Positions 51,651 to 61,364 are shown, counted from the first letter of the stretch. The stretch: DNA of 64,000 nucleotides from Acidimicrobiales bacterium (GCA_020630195.1 JAHDBV010000001.1:72314-136313), one strand, 5' to 3'. Notes: generated from the sequence alone by a model not told the origin. Translations and numbers: made by a program.

Positions 51651-53606
51651 TCAACGCGATCTGGGCGGCCGGCCTGTCGACTTCCGGTCCGACGTGTGCC
51701 GGGCGCCATCGTCTTCCGCTCCGTCAGACGAGGTCATCGGGCGAGCGGACGGTCCGGTCGGTTCCGGCTTCCGGGAGCCCGTCGTCGGGGAGGCGGCTAG
51801 GCGCGAACCGTTCCGCGATGGCTCGCCCGGAGCGGCCCCATTCTCGACAGCGCGCTTCCGAGCTCGTCCCTTCGCTGGTTCGTCGCCGGGCTGCCACGAG
51901 GCCTCGGCATCTGGCTGACGGCGGAGACGACGACGCGCCGGAAAGTTCGGACGACCAGCGTCTCGGGAACGGCCGGAGGCGATGCGCGACAGCCACGAAT
52001 CGCTCGACTTGCCGTAGTAGCTCGAACCGCGGCTCTGAACGCCGACCCCCACGATCAACAGACCAGGACTTCCGGCAGCCTGCACCTTCGCGATCGCCGA
52101 GAGGAGCTCCGAGCGACGCGTCCGGTGAAGACGAACGACCATGACGACGTAGTCGGCCGTCGCAGCGAGCGGTAGTGCATCCGACACCGGCAGCAGCGGT
52201 GCGGCATCGACGAGGGTGATGCGGTCGTCCGAGATGGTCGCGAGCAACTCCTCGACAGCGGATCGTGCAAGCACATCCGACGGGTTCGGCACCGCGCGCC
52301 CGGCTGGGATGTAGCGCAACTGATCCTTGTGATCCTGGAACTCGAAGGTCACGTCAGCGGGATGGGCGCCGCGCTCGAGGATGTCGGATGCGCCCTCTCC
52401 CGAGGCGATCCCGAAGTGATGGATCGTGTTGTCCTGCCGAAGATCGAGATCGATCAGCGCCGTCTTGCCGGCCACCTCCGGCAGCGACCACGCGAGATTC
52501 ACCGCCAGGGTGGTCTTTCCCTCCCCTTCGTTCGCACTGGTCACCACGATGAGCCGATCGCGAGACGACCGGAGCAGGAACAAGAGCGCACTTCGGATCT
52601 GGTAGATCGCTTCGGCGTAGCCGGAGTTCGGTTCCGTGAAGACAGAGATCCTCCGGGCCCGGGTCCGGCGGAGCTTCGGGACGGCGCCGAGCAACTGCGC
52701 ACGTCCGGCGATCGTCTCCTCCAGCTCGCCGACCGAGCGGATGCGGCTGTCGGCGCGCTCGAGCGCCAAAGCGAGCAATGCTCCGATCACCGCGCCGACG
52801 ACGCCGCCGACGACCGCTGCCTGAGGGCCTCGCCCCGGCAATGCGACCCCGTCGTCGAACGCCTCACCGACGATCTCCGCCGTTCCCGTCGCCGCGAGCT
52901 GCGAGCCGACACGGAGACGGGACAGGGAATCGACCGCTGCCGCTTCCTCACTCGAAAGCGCAGCGAGAGACGACGAGATCGAGCGTTCCTCGGCGTCCAG
53001 CTGCGCCTGGAGCGATCGCTCCTGAGCCGAGTCGGGCTCGGCATTCGCAAGCCGGACCGCCAGTGCGTCGGCGTCCGAGCGGAGCTCGTCGCGGTTCGCT
53101 CGAAGCAATTCGAGCTGGTCCTCGAGGAGTGAGATCGCCCCCGAGAACGAGGCGACGGCGTTCTGACGTCGCGCCTCGACGTAGACCTGCGCGTAGGTGT
53201 TCGCCATCCGAGTTGCGCGATCGGTGTCCGTGGCTCGCGACACGAACTGCAGCACGTCCGCGTCGGGGTCCGGCTCGACGCGCACGTTCAGAGAGGCCGG
53301 CGTCGTCTCACCGGTCTCGCCCAAGCGAGCGATGACCTCGTTGCGGATCGAGTCCGACGAGGCGAACCGCACCTCGTTGGCCAGGAAACTGCGGTCGAGC
53401 AGACGCGTCGAATCCGAACCCGGGTCGAACGTCGACTGCGCCGTCGAGGCCCGAACGATGACGTCGGCTTGACGCTCGTAGACGACCACGCCCCGGCCGA
53501 GCACGAGGAACGCCGCCGTTCCGAGTACGACCGCACACAGGACGATGATCCAAGGGCGATGCCTCGCGGCCTGGAGGTACGCCGCAAGGGTTGGTTCGGA
53601 GGTCAC
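51651..53606 (-). CDS. Wzz-type chain-length determinant fused to BY-family tyrosine autokinase (copy 3) with a long basic C-terminal extension
   Basis: Wzz N-terminus (AAYLQAARHRPWIIVLCAVVLGTAAFLVL) and a coiled coil. Walker A TSANEGEGKTT, Walker A' ALIDLDLRQD and Walker B ITLVDAAPLLPVSD. The SSYYGKSS Tyr pair is followed by about 116 aa rich in R/P/S/G. Confidence 0.85.
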   Translation of the reverse strand: MTSEPTLAAYLQAARHRPWIIVLCAVVLGTAAFLVLGRGVVVYERQADVIVRASTAQSTFDPGSDSTRLLDRSFLANEVRFASSDSIRNEVIARLGETGETTPASLNVRVEPDPDADVLQFVSRATDTDRATRMANTYAQVYVEARRQNAVASFSGAISLLEDQLELLRANRDELRSDADALAVRLANAEPDSAQERSLQAQLDAEERSISSSLAALSSEEAAAVDSLSRLRVGSQLAATGTAEIVGEAFDDGVALPGRGPQAAVVGGVVGAVIGALLALALERADSRIRSVGELEETIAGRAQLLGAVPKLRRTRARRISVFTEPNSGYAEAIYQIRSALLFLLRSSRDRLIVVTSANEGEGKTTLAVNLAWSLPEVAGKTALIDLDLRQDNTIHHFGIASGEGASDILERGAHPADVTFEFQDHKDQLRYIPAGRAVPNPSDVLARSAVEELLATISDDRITLVDAAPLLPVSDALPLAATADYVVMVVRLHRTRRSELLSAIAKVQAAGSPGLLIVGVGVQSRGSSYYGKSSDSWLSRIASGRSRDAGRPNFPARRRLRRQPDAEASWQPGDEPAKGRARKRAVENGAAPGEPSRNGSRLAASPTTGSRKPEPTGPSARPMTSSDGAEDDGARHTSDRKSTGRPPRSR

Positions 53607-54775
53607 GTCCTACCCACTTTCGTTGACGATCGATAGGCGACCACGCTGGCCAGGAGACCTGCCAGGAGCACCCTATTTCCGTTCAGATCGGAACTGAACT
53701 GGGCGGTCTCGAGCCAGAAGACGAGCATCGTGAGGTGGCGGAGCGCCGTGTCCTCTTCGCTGGCCCACATACGAACAATGGCTCTCGCCGAGATCAGGAC
53801 GAAACCGAGCGCAGCCACGAGACCCGCCTCGACGCCGATCTCCAACACGATGTTGTGTGCGTAATCGAACGCTGCGCCGTAGGTACCGGGAGCCCCGTAC
53901 TGGCCCAGGCCCCAACCCCACGGTCGGGTGAGGAATGCGTCCAGGCCCTCGCTCCACAGGTTCCAGCGGGAGGTCGGGGACGCCGGCCCGCTCTCGAGAA
54001 GCCGCGACGAGCTCTCGTTGGCGAGCGCGGCACCCAGGCCGGCGACCGCTGCACCCCCCACGGCGAACACCAGGAGGGCCAGCCGACCCCGGACCACGGG
54101 ATTCCGGGCCGCGGCGACGAGTGCAGCGAGGAGGAGGCCGAGGATCGGTCCTCTCGACGAGGAGCTGAAGAGCACGAGAGCGGACGCCCCGAGCATGCCC
54201 AGCCTCGCTGCGGCCGGCCACGACTTCGACCCACCGAACAGCAGCCAGGTGCAGACCACCGTTGCAGCGCGACCGGCGGCGATCGGGTTGAACGCTCCCT
54301 CGTTGATCGAACCCCGTGCGCCGATGTCGACACCGGCCAGGACCTCGAGGCACGCGACCACCACGGCGAAGACCGACGCGCCGACGACTCCCTGCCAGAA
54401 TCGCTCGAGATCCGCTGGCCGCTCCACGAGAAGCACCGTCACGATCACGATCGGAATGGAGACCTGGAGCAGTCCGAGCAGCTTGCCGGTTGCGTACTCA
54501 TGGGAGCCTGCGAGCATGAAGGCCGGGGCGAACACCACGACCGCGCCGGCGATGAGATCCGCTCCGTTCATCACATGACCCCGACCGGGGAGCGAGAGCA
54601 CAAACCCCAGGACCGCCATCCCCATCAGAACCAGTGGAAGCAGCACGGCAGGGCCGAACTGGGCCAGGCCCGGAGCCACATGGCCCGACATCGCTGCAGC
54701 ACCAGCGACCACGAGAGCGCCATGCCGGACCGAGAAGGCCGACGATTCAACCGGCCGCTCGACCGCCAATACCAT
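53603..54775 (-). CDS. O-antigen ligase/Wzy_C-family polytopic membrane protein (copy 3)
   Basis: ATG 54775 shares one nt with the upstream stop (TGATG). FSSSSRGPILGLLLAALVAA and YAHNIVLEIGVEAGLVAALGFVLI are Wzy_C-type motifs. The upstream part of ORF 53603..55003 is an R-rich shadow. Confidence 0.65.
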   Translation of the reverse strand: MVLAVERPVESSAFSVRHGALVVAGAAAMSGHVAPGLAQFGPAVLLPLVLMGMAVLGFVLSLPGRGHVMNGADLIAGAVVVFAPAFMLAGSHEYATGKLLGLLQVSIPIVIVTVLLVERPADLERFWQGVVGASVFAVVVACLEVLAGVDIGARGSINEGAFNPIAAGRAATVVCTWLLFGGSKSWPAAARLGMLGASALVLFSSSSRGPILGLLLAALVAAARNPVVRGRLALLVFAVGGAAVAGLGAALANESSSRLLESGPASPTSRWNLWSEGLDAFLTRPWGWGLGQYGAPGTYGAAFDYAHNIVLEIGVEAGLVAALGFVLISARAIVRMWASEEDTALRHLTMLVFWLETAQFSSDLNGNRVLLAGLLASVVAYRSSTKVGRT

Positions 54776-55353
54776 CAGCGGTGCTCTGCATAGTCGACGT
54801 CGTACTCGCCGGACACCAGCTGCTCGAGATGAGTGGCGAGATCGTCCTCGGACTCGAATCGCCACCGAAGGTGCGTGGCCGGCACGCCTCCGACGATGGC
54901 CCCCGGAGGCACATCGCGGGTGACCACAGAGCCAGCTGCGACGATCGCACCGTCGCCGATCGACACGCCGGTCATCACGATCACGCCGTACCCCAACCAG
55001 CAATCCTCTCCGATACTGGTGAGGCGCTCAGTCGGCCGCCCGGCAAAGACCATCGGCACCCCGATGACGTCCGTCCTGTGATCGTCCCCGACGACGGCCA
55101 CACCCTCGGCGAGCAAGGAGAATCGCCCGACTTCGACCTTGGCCCCCAGGCGGCAGCCAGGCCCCACGAAGGCGTGCGCCCCGATCCGTGCGTCGGGGTG
55201 AACTCGACCGCGAGCGACGAGCGCCGATGGGTCGGCCTGCCGAAGCGGCCGAAGTCGAGCACGCGCCGAGAAGCGCCGCCGCCACCGATGCCATTGCGCC
55301 GTACGTCTCACAAGCCACTCTCCGCCAGGCCGGACCCGCCGATGACACGTCAT
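54775..55353 (-). CDS. Hexapeptide-repeat (LbH) sugar O-acetyltransferase-like protein
   Basis: IGAHAFVGPGCRLGAKVEVG...IGEDCWLGYGVIVMTGVSIGDGAIVAAGSVVTRDVPPGAIVGGVPA are left-handed beta-helix repeats. Confidence 0.65.
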   Translation of the reverse strand: MTCHRRVRPGGEWLVRRTAQWHRWRRRFSARARLRPLRQADPSALVARGRVHPDARIGAHAFVGPGCRLGAKVEVGRFSLLAEGVAVVGDDHRTDVIGVPMVFAGRPTERLTSIGEDCWLGYGVIVMTGVSIGDGAIVAAGSVVTRDVPPGAIVGGVPATHLRWRFESEDDLATHLEQLVSGEYDVDYAEHR

Positions 55354-55397
55354 CCGTGCGAGCGCCGCATAGCCTCGCCCCGTGTAGGGAGGATGTC

Positions 55398-56480
55398 ATG
55401 AGCAAACCCACCACGAGACTGTGTGTGGTCTATCACTTCCTCCCCAACTACCGACAGGGCGTCTTCGATGCACTCGTCGAAGACCCGCGAGTCGACGTCC
55501 ACTTCCTCGCAGGGAGCGAGCGCCCCGGGCAAGAGGGTGTTCCGGAGGCAGATCTCGAACACACGCACCTCGAGAACCGCTGGATACTCGGACGGGTGCT
55601 GTGGCAACGCCGTCTCGTCAGCGAGCTTCGGGCGCTCGAGCCGGATGCGGTCGTCTATCTCGGATCATGGACCTACCTCTCCACCTGGTGGAGCGCGCCG
55701 CTCATCAGACGATCGGGGGCGAGCGTTCTGTTCTGGACCCACGGCTGGACGCGCCGCGAGACCGGTGTCCGCCGTCAGGCACGGGTTGCCTTCTACTCCC
55801 TCGCCGATCGGCTCCTCCTCTACGGCGACCTCGGCAGACGGCTCGCGGTCGAACACGGCGTTCCCGGCGGGAAGCTCACGGTCGTCGGCAACAGCCTCCC
55901 CGAGCCAGCGCCGTCGATCGTGGACGTCGCCGAACCCGGCCTCGTCCTCTGGGTCGCCCGGCTCCTACCGGCGAAACGCCTCGACCTCGCTGTCCGGGCG
56001 GTCGCCCACGCCAACGAGAAGGGGCACGACCTTCGGCTCAGGATCGTGGGTGACGGACCGGGGCTGTCCGAGGCCACCGAACTCGCAGGGGAACTCGGCG
56101 TCAGATCGAACGTCGAGTTCCTCGGCGCCGTCCACGAACCCGAGCGCTTGCACGAAGAGTTCAGCAGGGCGAGCGTGACGGTGGTCCCGGACTTCGGCGG
56201 GCTCACCATTCCGCACGCGCTCATGCACGGCTGCCCCGTCGTGGCGAACGACGACCCCACGGCGAACGGACCCGACTACGAGTATCTCCACGCCGACTTC
56301 GACGGGACCCACTTCGCCGCCGGTGATACGGAGGACCTCGCCGATCGGCTGATCACCTGGGCCGTGTCGAACCGCGCTGGTTCAGAGCAGCGAGATCGAA
56401 TCGCCGAACGCGCCCGGAATGAGGCGTCGCCGCTGCGGTCGGCCAAGCGCATCGTCGATGCGGTTCTGGAGCTCGGCTAG
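55398..56480 (+). CDS. Glycosyltransferase family 4 (GT-B, group 1)
   Basis: ATG 55398 is preceded by GGGAGG. LWVARLLPAKRLDLAVRAV...LRIVGDGP...VTVVPDFGGLTIPHALMHGCPVVAND is a GT-B C-terminal domain. Confidence 0.7.
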   Translation: MSKPTTRLCVVYHFLPNYRQGVFDALVEDPRVDVHFLAGSERPGQEGVPEADLEHTHLENRWILGRVLWQRRLVSELRALEPDAVVYLGSWTYLSTWWSAPLIRRSGASVLFWTHGWTRRETGVRRQARVAFYSLADRLLLYGDLGRRLAVEHGVPGGKLTVVGNSLPEPAPSIVDVAEPGLVLWVARLLPAKRLDLAVRAVAHANEKGHDLRLRIVGDGPGLSEATELAGELGVRSNVEFLGAVHEPERLHEEFSRASVTVVPDFGGLTIPHALMHGCPVVANDDPTANGPDYEYLHADFDGTHFAAGDTEDLADRLITWAVSNRAGSEQRDRIAERARNEASPLRSAKRIVDAVLELG

Positions 56481-57592
56481 CCCTCGCTGAGAAACCGGCG
56501 GATCCCGGCGAGGACCCGCTCGATCTCGGGATCGGTCATGCCGGACCCCGACGGGAGGCAGATCCCCCGCTCGAAGAGGCGTTCAGCTTCACCGCTCACC
56601 TGACGAGGAGCGTCACCGAAGACGGGCTGGAGGTGCATCGGCTTCCAGACCGGCCGACTCTCGATGTCGAGCGCCTCGAGTGCCGAGATCAGATCGTCCC
56701 GCAGCTCGCGCGACGGCAAGATGGCACAGGTCAGCCAGTGATTGCTTCGACCGCGTACCGGCTCGGACCGGACCTCGAACCGCTCCTCGGCCAACGTGGC
56801 GTAGTGACCGGCGATCTCGCGGCGGCGTTCGATGCGCTCCGAGAGCGTGGCGAGTTGCGCTCTCCCGAGCGCCGCGAGCACATTGCTGAGTCGGTAGTTG
56901 AAACCGACCTCCATGTGCTCGTAGTGCACCGCCGGCTCGCGCGCCTGCGAAGCGAGAAATCGCGTTCGGTCGAGAAACGCACGGTCATCGCTCACGAGAG
57001 CGCCCCCACCAGACGTCGTGATGATCTTGTTGCCGTTGAACGACACGATGCCGCAGGTCCCGAACGAACCGAGCGGCCCGCTCGGATGCTCCGCTCCGAG
57101 TCCCTCTGCGGCGTCTTCGATGATCGGCACCTCGTACCGAGCGCAGACGGCAGCCAGTGCGTCGTGATCGGCCGGCTCGCCATAGAGATCGACGACGATC
57201 ACTGCGCCGATGCGGTCGCCACGTCGACTCGCTGCAGCCAGCGCCGCGTCGAGCAGGTCCGGGTCCATGCCCCACTCACCAGGTGCTGAGTCGACGAAGA
57301 GCGGTGTCGCCCCGACATAGAGGATGGGGAACGCTGATCCGGCGAAGGTCAAGGACGAGCAGACCACGATGTCGCCATCGCCGACCCCGAGGTTGAGGAG
57401 AGCAAGGTGAATGGCAGCGGTTCCGCTCGACAGGCCGACGGCGCTCACCGTCCCACACGCCGATGCAAGTTCCGTCTCGAACGACGCCAGATCGGGCCCG
57501 ACGGGCGCCAGCCAGTTCGATCGAATCGCCCGCTGGACAGCTTCGAGCTCCTGGCCTCGCTGGTCAGGAGCCGACAGATGGATTCGGGTCAC
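56477..57592 (-). CDS. DegT/DnrJ/EryC1-family PLP-dependent sugar aminotransferase (PglE/WbpE-like)
   Basis: IHLSAPDQRGQELEAVQRAIRSNWLAPVGP, IIEDAAEGLGA, VSFNGNKIITTSGGGAL (PLP lysine) and FNYRLSNVLAALG. 371 aa. Confidence 0.85.
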   Translation of the reverse strand: MTRIHLSAPDQRGQELEAVQRAIRSNWLAPVGPDLASFETELASACGTVSAVGLSSGTAAIHLALLNLGVGDGDIVVCSSLTFAGSAFPILYVGATPLFVDSAPGEWGMDPDLLDAALAAASRRGDRIGAVIVVDLYGEPADHDALAAVCARYEVPIIEDAAEGLGAEHPSGPLGSFGTCGIVSFNGNKIITTSGGGALVSDDRAFLDRTRFLASQAREPAVHYEHMEVGFNYRLSNVLAALGRAQLATLSERIERRREIAGHYATLAEERFEVRSEPVRGRSNHWLTCAILPSRELRDDLISALEALDIESRPVWKPMHLQPVFGDAPRQVSGEAERLFERGICLPSGSGMTDPEIERVLAGIRRFLSEG

Positions 57593-57593
57593 T

Positions 57594-58220
57594 TCATTTC
57601 CTCTCGAGCGCCGGGACGCCGACGACCGTTGCTCCGTCAGGGACGTCCTGGGTCACGACGGCGCCGGCGCCGACCACCGCACCTGCGCCGATACGTCGTC
57701 CCTGCAGGATCGTTGCGCCAGCGCCGACCCATACGCCGGCACCGATGCTCACATCCCCGCAGATCACCGCACCAGGGGCAACGAACGACCAGGCCCCGAT
57801 CGAGACATCGTGAGAGACGACTGCGCCGGCATGCACGTGGGTCGATCGACCGAGGCGCACATCGACCATCACGGTTGCGTTCGGCCACACCACGACCCCG
57901 TCGTCCAGAACGGCGTTCGAGCCGATCGACGCCGTCGGATGGACAGCACCGGCGAGCTGAGTACCTCGGAGCACGGCGCCCAGCGCACTCCGGGTGTCGG
58001 GATCGCCGACACCGATGCCGTAGGCGTAGCCAGTTCGGCCGAGCTCTGACATCGGGCCGATGCGATCGGGAACCTCTCGATCGTCGAGGAAGCCGGCGAA
58101 CGAGAGATCGGGCCGTGCGTGCGCGTAGATCTCTCGCAACTCCCGCCCGTGTCCACCCCCGCCGGCGATGATGAGCCGACGTGGCGAGCTCGTCGAGGCT
58201 CGATCGTCAGAGGCCGCCAT
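57594..58220 (-). CDS. NeuD/PglD-family sugar N-acetyltransferase (LbH)
   Basis: N-terminal Rossmann-like RRLIIAGGGGHGRELREIY, then hexapeptide repeats ending GAVVTQDVPDGATVVGVPA. It is separated by 1 nt from the aminotransferase gene. Confidence 0.7.
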   Translation of the reverse strand: MAASDDRASTSSPRRLIIAGGGGHGRELREIYAHARPDLSFAGFLDDREVPDRIGPMSELGRTGYAYGIGVGDPDTRSALGAVLRGTQLAGAVHPTASIGSNAVLDDGVVVWPNATVMVDVRLGRSTHVHAGAVVSHDVSIGAWSFVAPGAVICGDVSIGAGVWVGAGATILQGRRIGAGAVVGAGAVVTQDVPDGATVVGVPALERK

Positions 58221-58276
58221 ATCGGCGACCCTAGCGACCCGACGAGACTCGAGTCCGTGAGTCGTAGCACCTGCGC

Positions 58277-59368
58277 TCAGGCAGTGAGCCGCCCCAGGTG
58301 GCGAACGGTCACGTCGTACATGTCGTCACCTACACCGAGGGCGCCGAACCATGCCGCAGTCTCGGTCAGCGCCTCGACCCAGTCGAGGCCCGGTCGCCAG
58401 TCCATCTTGGACGCGGCCTTGTCGAACGCCAGGCGGAGCAGGAACGTCTCGAAGCCGCCCGTGTCGGGTTCACCGGCGGTGACCGTGCCGCCACCCCAGA
58501 TCTCGATGAGCTTGTCCGCGACCTGGCCGACGGTGATTCCCGCCTCGTCCGCCGGCCCGAAGTTCCAGGCCTCGCAGAACCCAGCCGCCTCGGCGCCGAG
58601 CATGCGGCGACCGAGTTCGAGATAGCCGGACAGCGGCACCATCACGTGCTGCCACGGGCGCACACTCGCCGGGTTGCGGACCTCGATCGGCACACCCGCC
58701 TGAAGAGCCTTGATGCAGTCCGGCACGAGGCGGTGCGGAGCGAGATCGCCGCCACCGATCACGTTGCCGGCTCGGACCGATGCCAGTGCGACACCGTGAT
58801 CCGCGAGATCCTCCGGCCGGAAGTAGGTGCGTCGGTAGGCGTGGATCGACAGCTCGGCCATCGCCTTCGACGCCGAGTAGGGGTCCTTGCCGCCGAGACG
58901 GTCGGTCTCGCGGTAGCCCCAGGGCCAGTTCTGGTCTTCGTAGACCTTGTCGGTCGTGATCGACACGACGACCCGACGCTTCGACGAACCCGTCGCCGCG
59001 ACCTGGCGGACGGCCTCCAGCACGTGCACGGTGCCCTGGGCGTTCACTTCGAAGGTCTCGACCGGCTCGGCGATGCCGGTCAGGACGATCGGCTGAGCGG
59101 CCATGTGGAAGATCACGTCGGGATCGTGCTCGGCGACGACAGCCGCCACGGCCGCTCGATCGCGCACATCGCCGCGGACGTCGACGCACCGCTCCCCCAA
59201 GCCGCACACGTCGAACATGTTCGGCTCAGAGACCGGTTCGGGCAGCGAGAAGCCGACCACGTCGGCCCCGAGCTCCCGTAGCCAGATGGTGAGCCAGGCG
59301 CCCTTGAAGCCGGTGTGCCCGGTCACCAGGACCGTCTTTCCGTCGTAGATTTCGTCGAAGCGCAGCAT
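58277..59368 (-). CDS. rfbG: CDP-glucose 4,6-dehydratase
   Basis: GKTVLVTGHTGFKGAWLTIWLRELGADVVGFSL, HMAAQPIV, DPYSASKAMAEL (YxxxK) and VRAGNVIGGGD are typical of RfbG/DdhB. Confidence 0.85.
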   Translation of the reverse strand: MLRFDEIYDGKTVLVTGHTGFKGAWLTIWLRELGADVVGFSLPEPVSEPNMFDVCGLGERCVDVRGDVRDRAAVAAVVAEHDPDVIFHMAAQPIVLTGIAEPVETFEVNAQGTVHVLEAVRQVAATGSSKRRVVVSITTDKVYEDQNWPWGYRETDRLGGKDPYSASKAMAELSIHAYRRTYFRPEDLADHGVALASVRAGNVIGGGDLAPHRLVPDCIKALQAGVPIEVRNPASVRPWQHVMVPLSGYLELGRRMLGAEAAGFCEAWNFGPADEAGITVGQVADKLIEIWGGGTVTAGEPDTGGFETFLLRLAFDKAASKMDWRPGLDWVEALTETAAWFGALGVGDDMYDVTVRHLGRLTA

Positions 59369-59507
59369 CTCTCACCCGATCGGTCGAACGTCGCCGTCCC
59401 TGAGGGTTCCGACGGCTCGGGCCAATGCTGCCAGCCGCCGCTGCTTGAATGTGCCCAGAACTCCTCATCGGCACTGGATTGGCTGGACACGCGGCCGAAG
59501 GAACCCC

Positions 59508-60056
59508 ATGCAGTTCACGGAGACCCCGATCCCGGGCCTCACCATCATCGATCTCGACCGACGTGGCGACGACCGGGGCTACTTCGCACGCGTCTGGTGC
59601 CGCGACGAGTTGACCGAGGCCGGCCTCGACCCGAGCCTCGTGCAGGCCAACATGTCCACGAACGGCGCCGCCGGCACCACCCGAGGCCTGCACTACCAAC
59701 ATCCGCCACACGGCGAGAACAAGCTGATCCGGGCCATCCAGGGCACCGTGTGGGACGTCGGGGTCGACCTGCGTCCTGATTCCCCCACCTACCTCCAGTG
59801 GTTCGGCACCGAACTCTCCTACGACAACGGTCGGGCGCTCTTCGTCCCGAAGGGTTTCGCTCACGGGTACCAGACCCTGACCGACGACGCCGCCGTCCTC
59901 TATTTCGTCTCCGACCGCTACGCCCCCGACCATGAAGACGGGCTGCGTTGGGACGACCCCGCCATCGGCATCGAGTGGCCGATGGCACCCACGACCCTGT
60001 CACCCCGCGACCAGAACCACCCGCTCATCGCCGACCGAACCGGAGCGCTCCTGTGA
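59508..60056 (+). CDS. RmlC-like nucleotide-sugar 3,5-epimerase (cupin)
   Basis: ATG 59508 lies inside ORF 59445..60056. MQFTETPIPGLTIIDLDRRGDDRGYF, RGLHYQ, KLIRAIQGTVWDVGVDLR and VPKGFAHGY are present. Confidence 0.8.
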   Translation: MQFTETPIPGLTIIDLDRRGDDRGYFARVWCRDELTEAGLDPSLVQANMSTNGAAGTTRGLHYQHPPHGENKLIRAIQGTVWDVGVDLRPDSPTYLQWFGTELSYDNGRALFVPKGFAHGYQTLTDDAAVLYFVSDRYAPDHEDGLRWDDPAIGIEWPMAPTTLSPRDQNHPLIADRTGALL

Positions 60057-61345
60057 TCATCGTCGACACCGCCCTCGAGAAGCGCGCCGCAGCCGACGAC
60101 CCCATCCGGGTCGCCGTCACGGGTGCGGGCTTCATGAACCGGGGCATGACCAGCAAGGTCATCAACCACACGACGGGTATGGATCTGCCCGTGATCGTCA
60201 ACCGCACACCGGCGAACGCCATCCGCTGTTTCGCCGAGGCCGGCATCGAGGATCCCATCGAGGTCTCCACCGTCGCCGAACTGACGGCAGCCATCGAGCG
60301 TGGCAAGTACGCCTACACCACCGACCACACCGTGGCGACCGGGTGCGAGCTCATCGACGTGATGATCGAGGGCACGGGCACCATCCACTACGCCACCGAC
60401 GTCGTGCTCGATGCCATCGACGGTGGCCAGCACGTGATCATGCTCAACGCCGAGCTCGACGCCGTCATCGGCCCCGAGCTGCACCACCTCGCCACGCAAG
60501 CCGGCGTCGTCTACTCGGGCTGCGACGGCGACCAGCCCGGTGTGCAGATGAACCTCATCCGATTCGTGAAGGGAATCGGCGCCCGACCGCTCGTGGCCGG
60601 CAACATCAAGGGCCTGCTCGACTACTACCGGACGCCCGCCACACAGGCGAAGTTCGCCGCGCAATGGGGCCAGACCCCGGAGATGGTGACGTCGTTCGCC
60701 GACGGCACGAAGATCGCCTTCGAGCAGGCCGTGGTGGCCAACGCCACGGGCTTCTCGATCGCCCAGCGGGGCATGCTCGGGTTCGAGCACAACGGGTTCG
60801 TCGATGACGCCCGGGACCTCTATGACGTCGACATGCTCGAGGAGAAGGGCGGCATCGTCGAGTTCCTGGTGAACACCAAGCCGGGTCCCGGTGTGTACGT
60901 GTTCGCCAAGCACGACGACCCGCAGCAGCACGTCTACCTCGAATACCTCAAGCTCGGGACCGGACCGCTGTACTCGTTCTACGTGCCGTTCCACCTCTGC
61001 AACTTCGAGGTGCCGACGTCGGCGGCTCGGGCCGTGCTCTTCGACGACGCCACCATCGCGCCGACGTACGGACCCCAGGTCGACGTCGTCGCAATCGCCA
61101 AGACCGACCTGTCGGCCGGCAAGGTCCTCGACGGGCTCGGTGGCTTCGACTCCTACGGCCTGTGCGAGACCTACGCCACGACCATCGGCGACCGGTTGCT
61201 GACCATGGGCCAGGCCGAGGGTTGCACCCTCATCCGAGACGTGCCGAAAGACGCTGCGCTCACACTCGATGACGTGGCGTTCCCCCAGGGCCGGCGGGTC
61301 GACGGACTCCGCACGTCGATGGAGAACCGCTTCCCCATCGGCTGA
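60053..61345 (+). CDS. NAD(P)-binding oxidoreductase, homoserine-dehydrogenase-like with C-terminal SAF-like domain (COG4091-like)
   Basis: GTG 60053 overlaps the previous stop (GTGA). IRVAVTGAGFMNRG Rossmann motif, then SGCDGDQPG, LYSFYVPFHLCNFEVP and a C-terminal beta-clip-like part. The family call is from memory of COG4091 proteins. Confidence 0.5.
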   Translation: MIIVDTALEKRAAADDPIRVAVTGAGFMNRGMTSKVINHTTGMDLPVIVNRTPANAIRCFAEAGIEDPIEVSTVAELTAAIERGKYAYTTDHTVATGCELIDVMIEGTGTIHYATDVVLDAIDGGQHVIMLNAELDAVIGPELHHLATQAGVVYSGCDGDQPGVQMNLIRFVKGIGARPLVAGNIKGLLDYYRTPATQAKFAAQWGQTPEMVTSFADGTKIAFEQAVVANATGFSIAQRGMLGFEHNGFVDDARDLYDVDMLEEKGGIVEFLVNTKPGPGVYVFAKHDDPQQHVYLEYLKLGTGPLYSFYVPFHLCNFEVPTSAARAVLFDDATIAPTYGPQVDVVAIAKTDLSAGKVLDGLGGFDSYGLCETYATTIGDRLLTMGQAEGCTLIRDVPKDAALTLDDVAFPQGRRVDGLRTSMENRFPIG

Positions 61346-61364
61346 GGAACACGGCTCCCGACCA

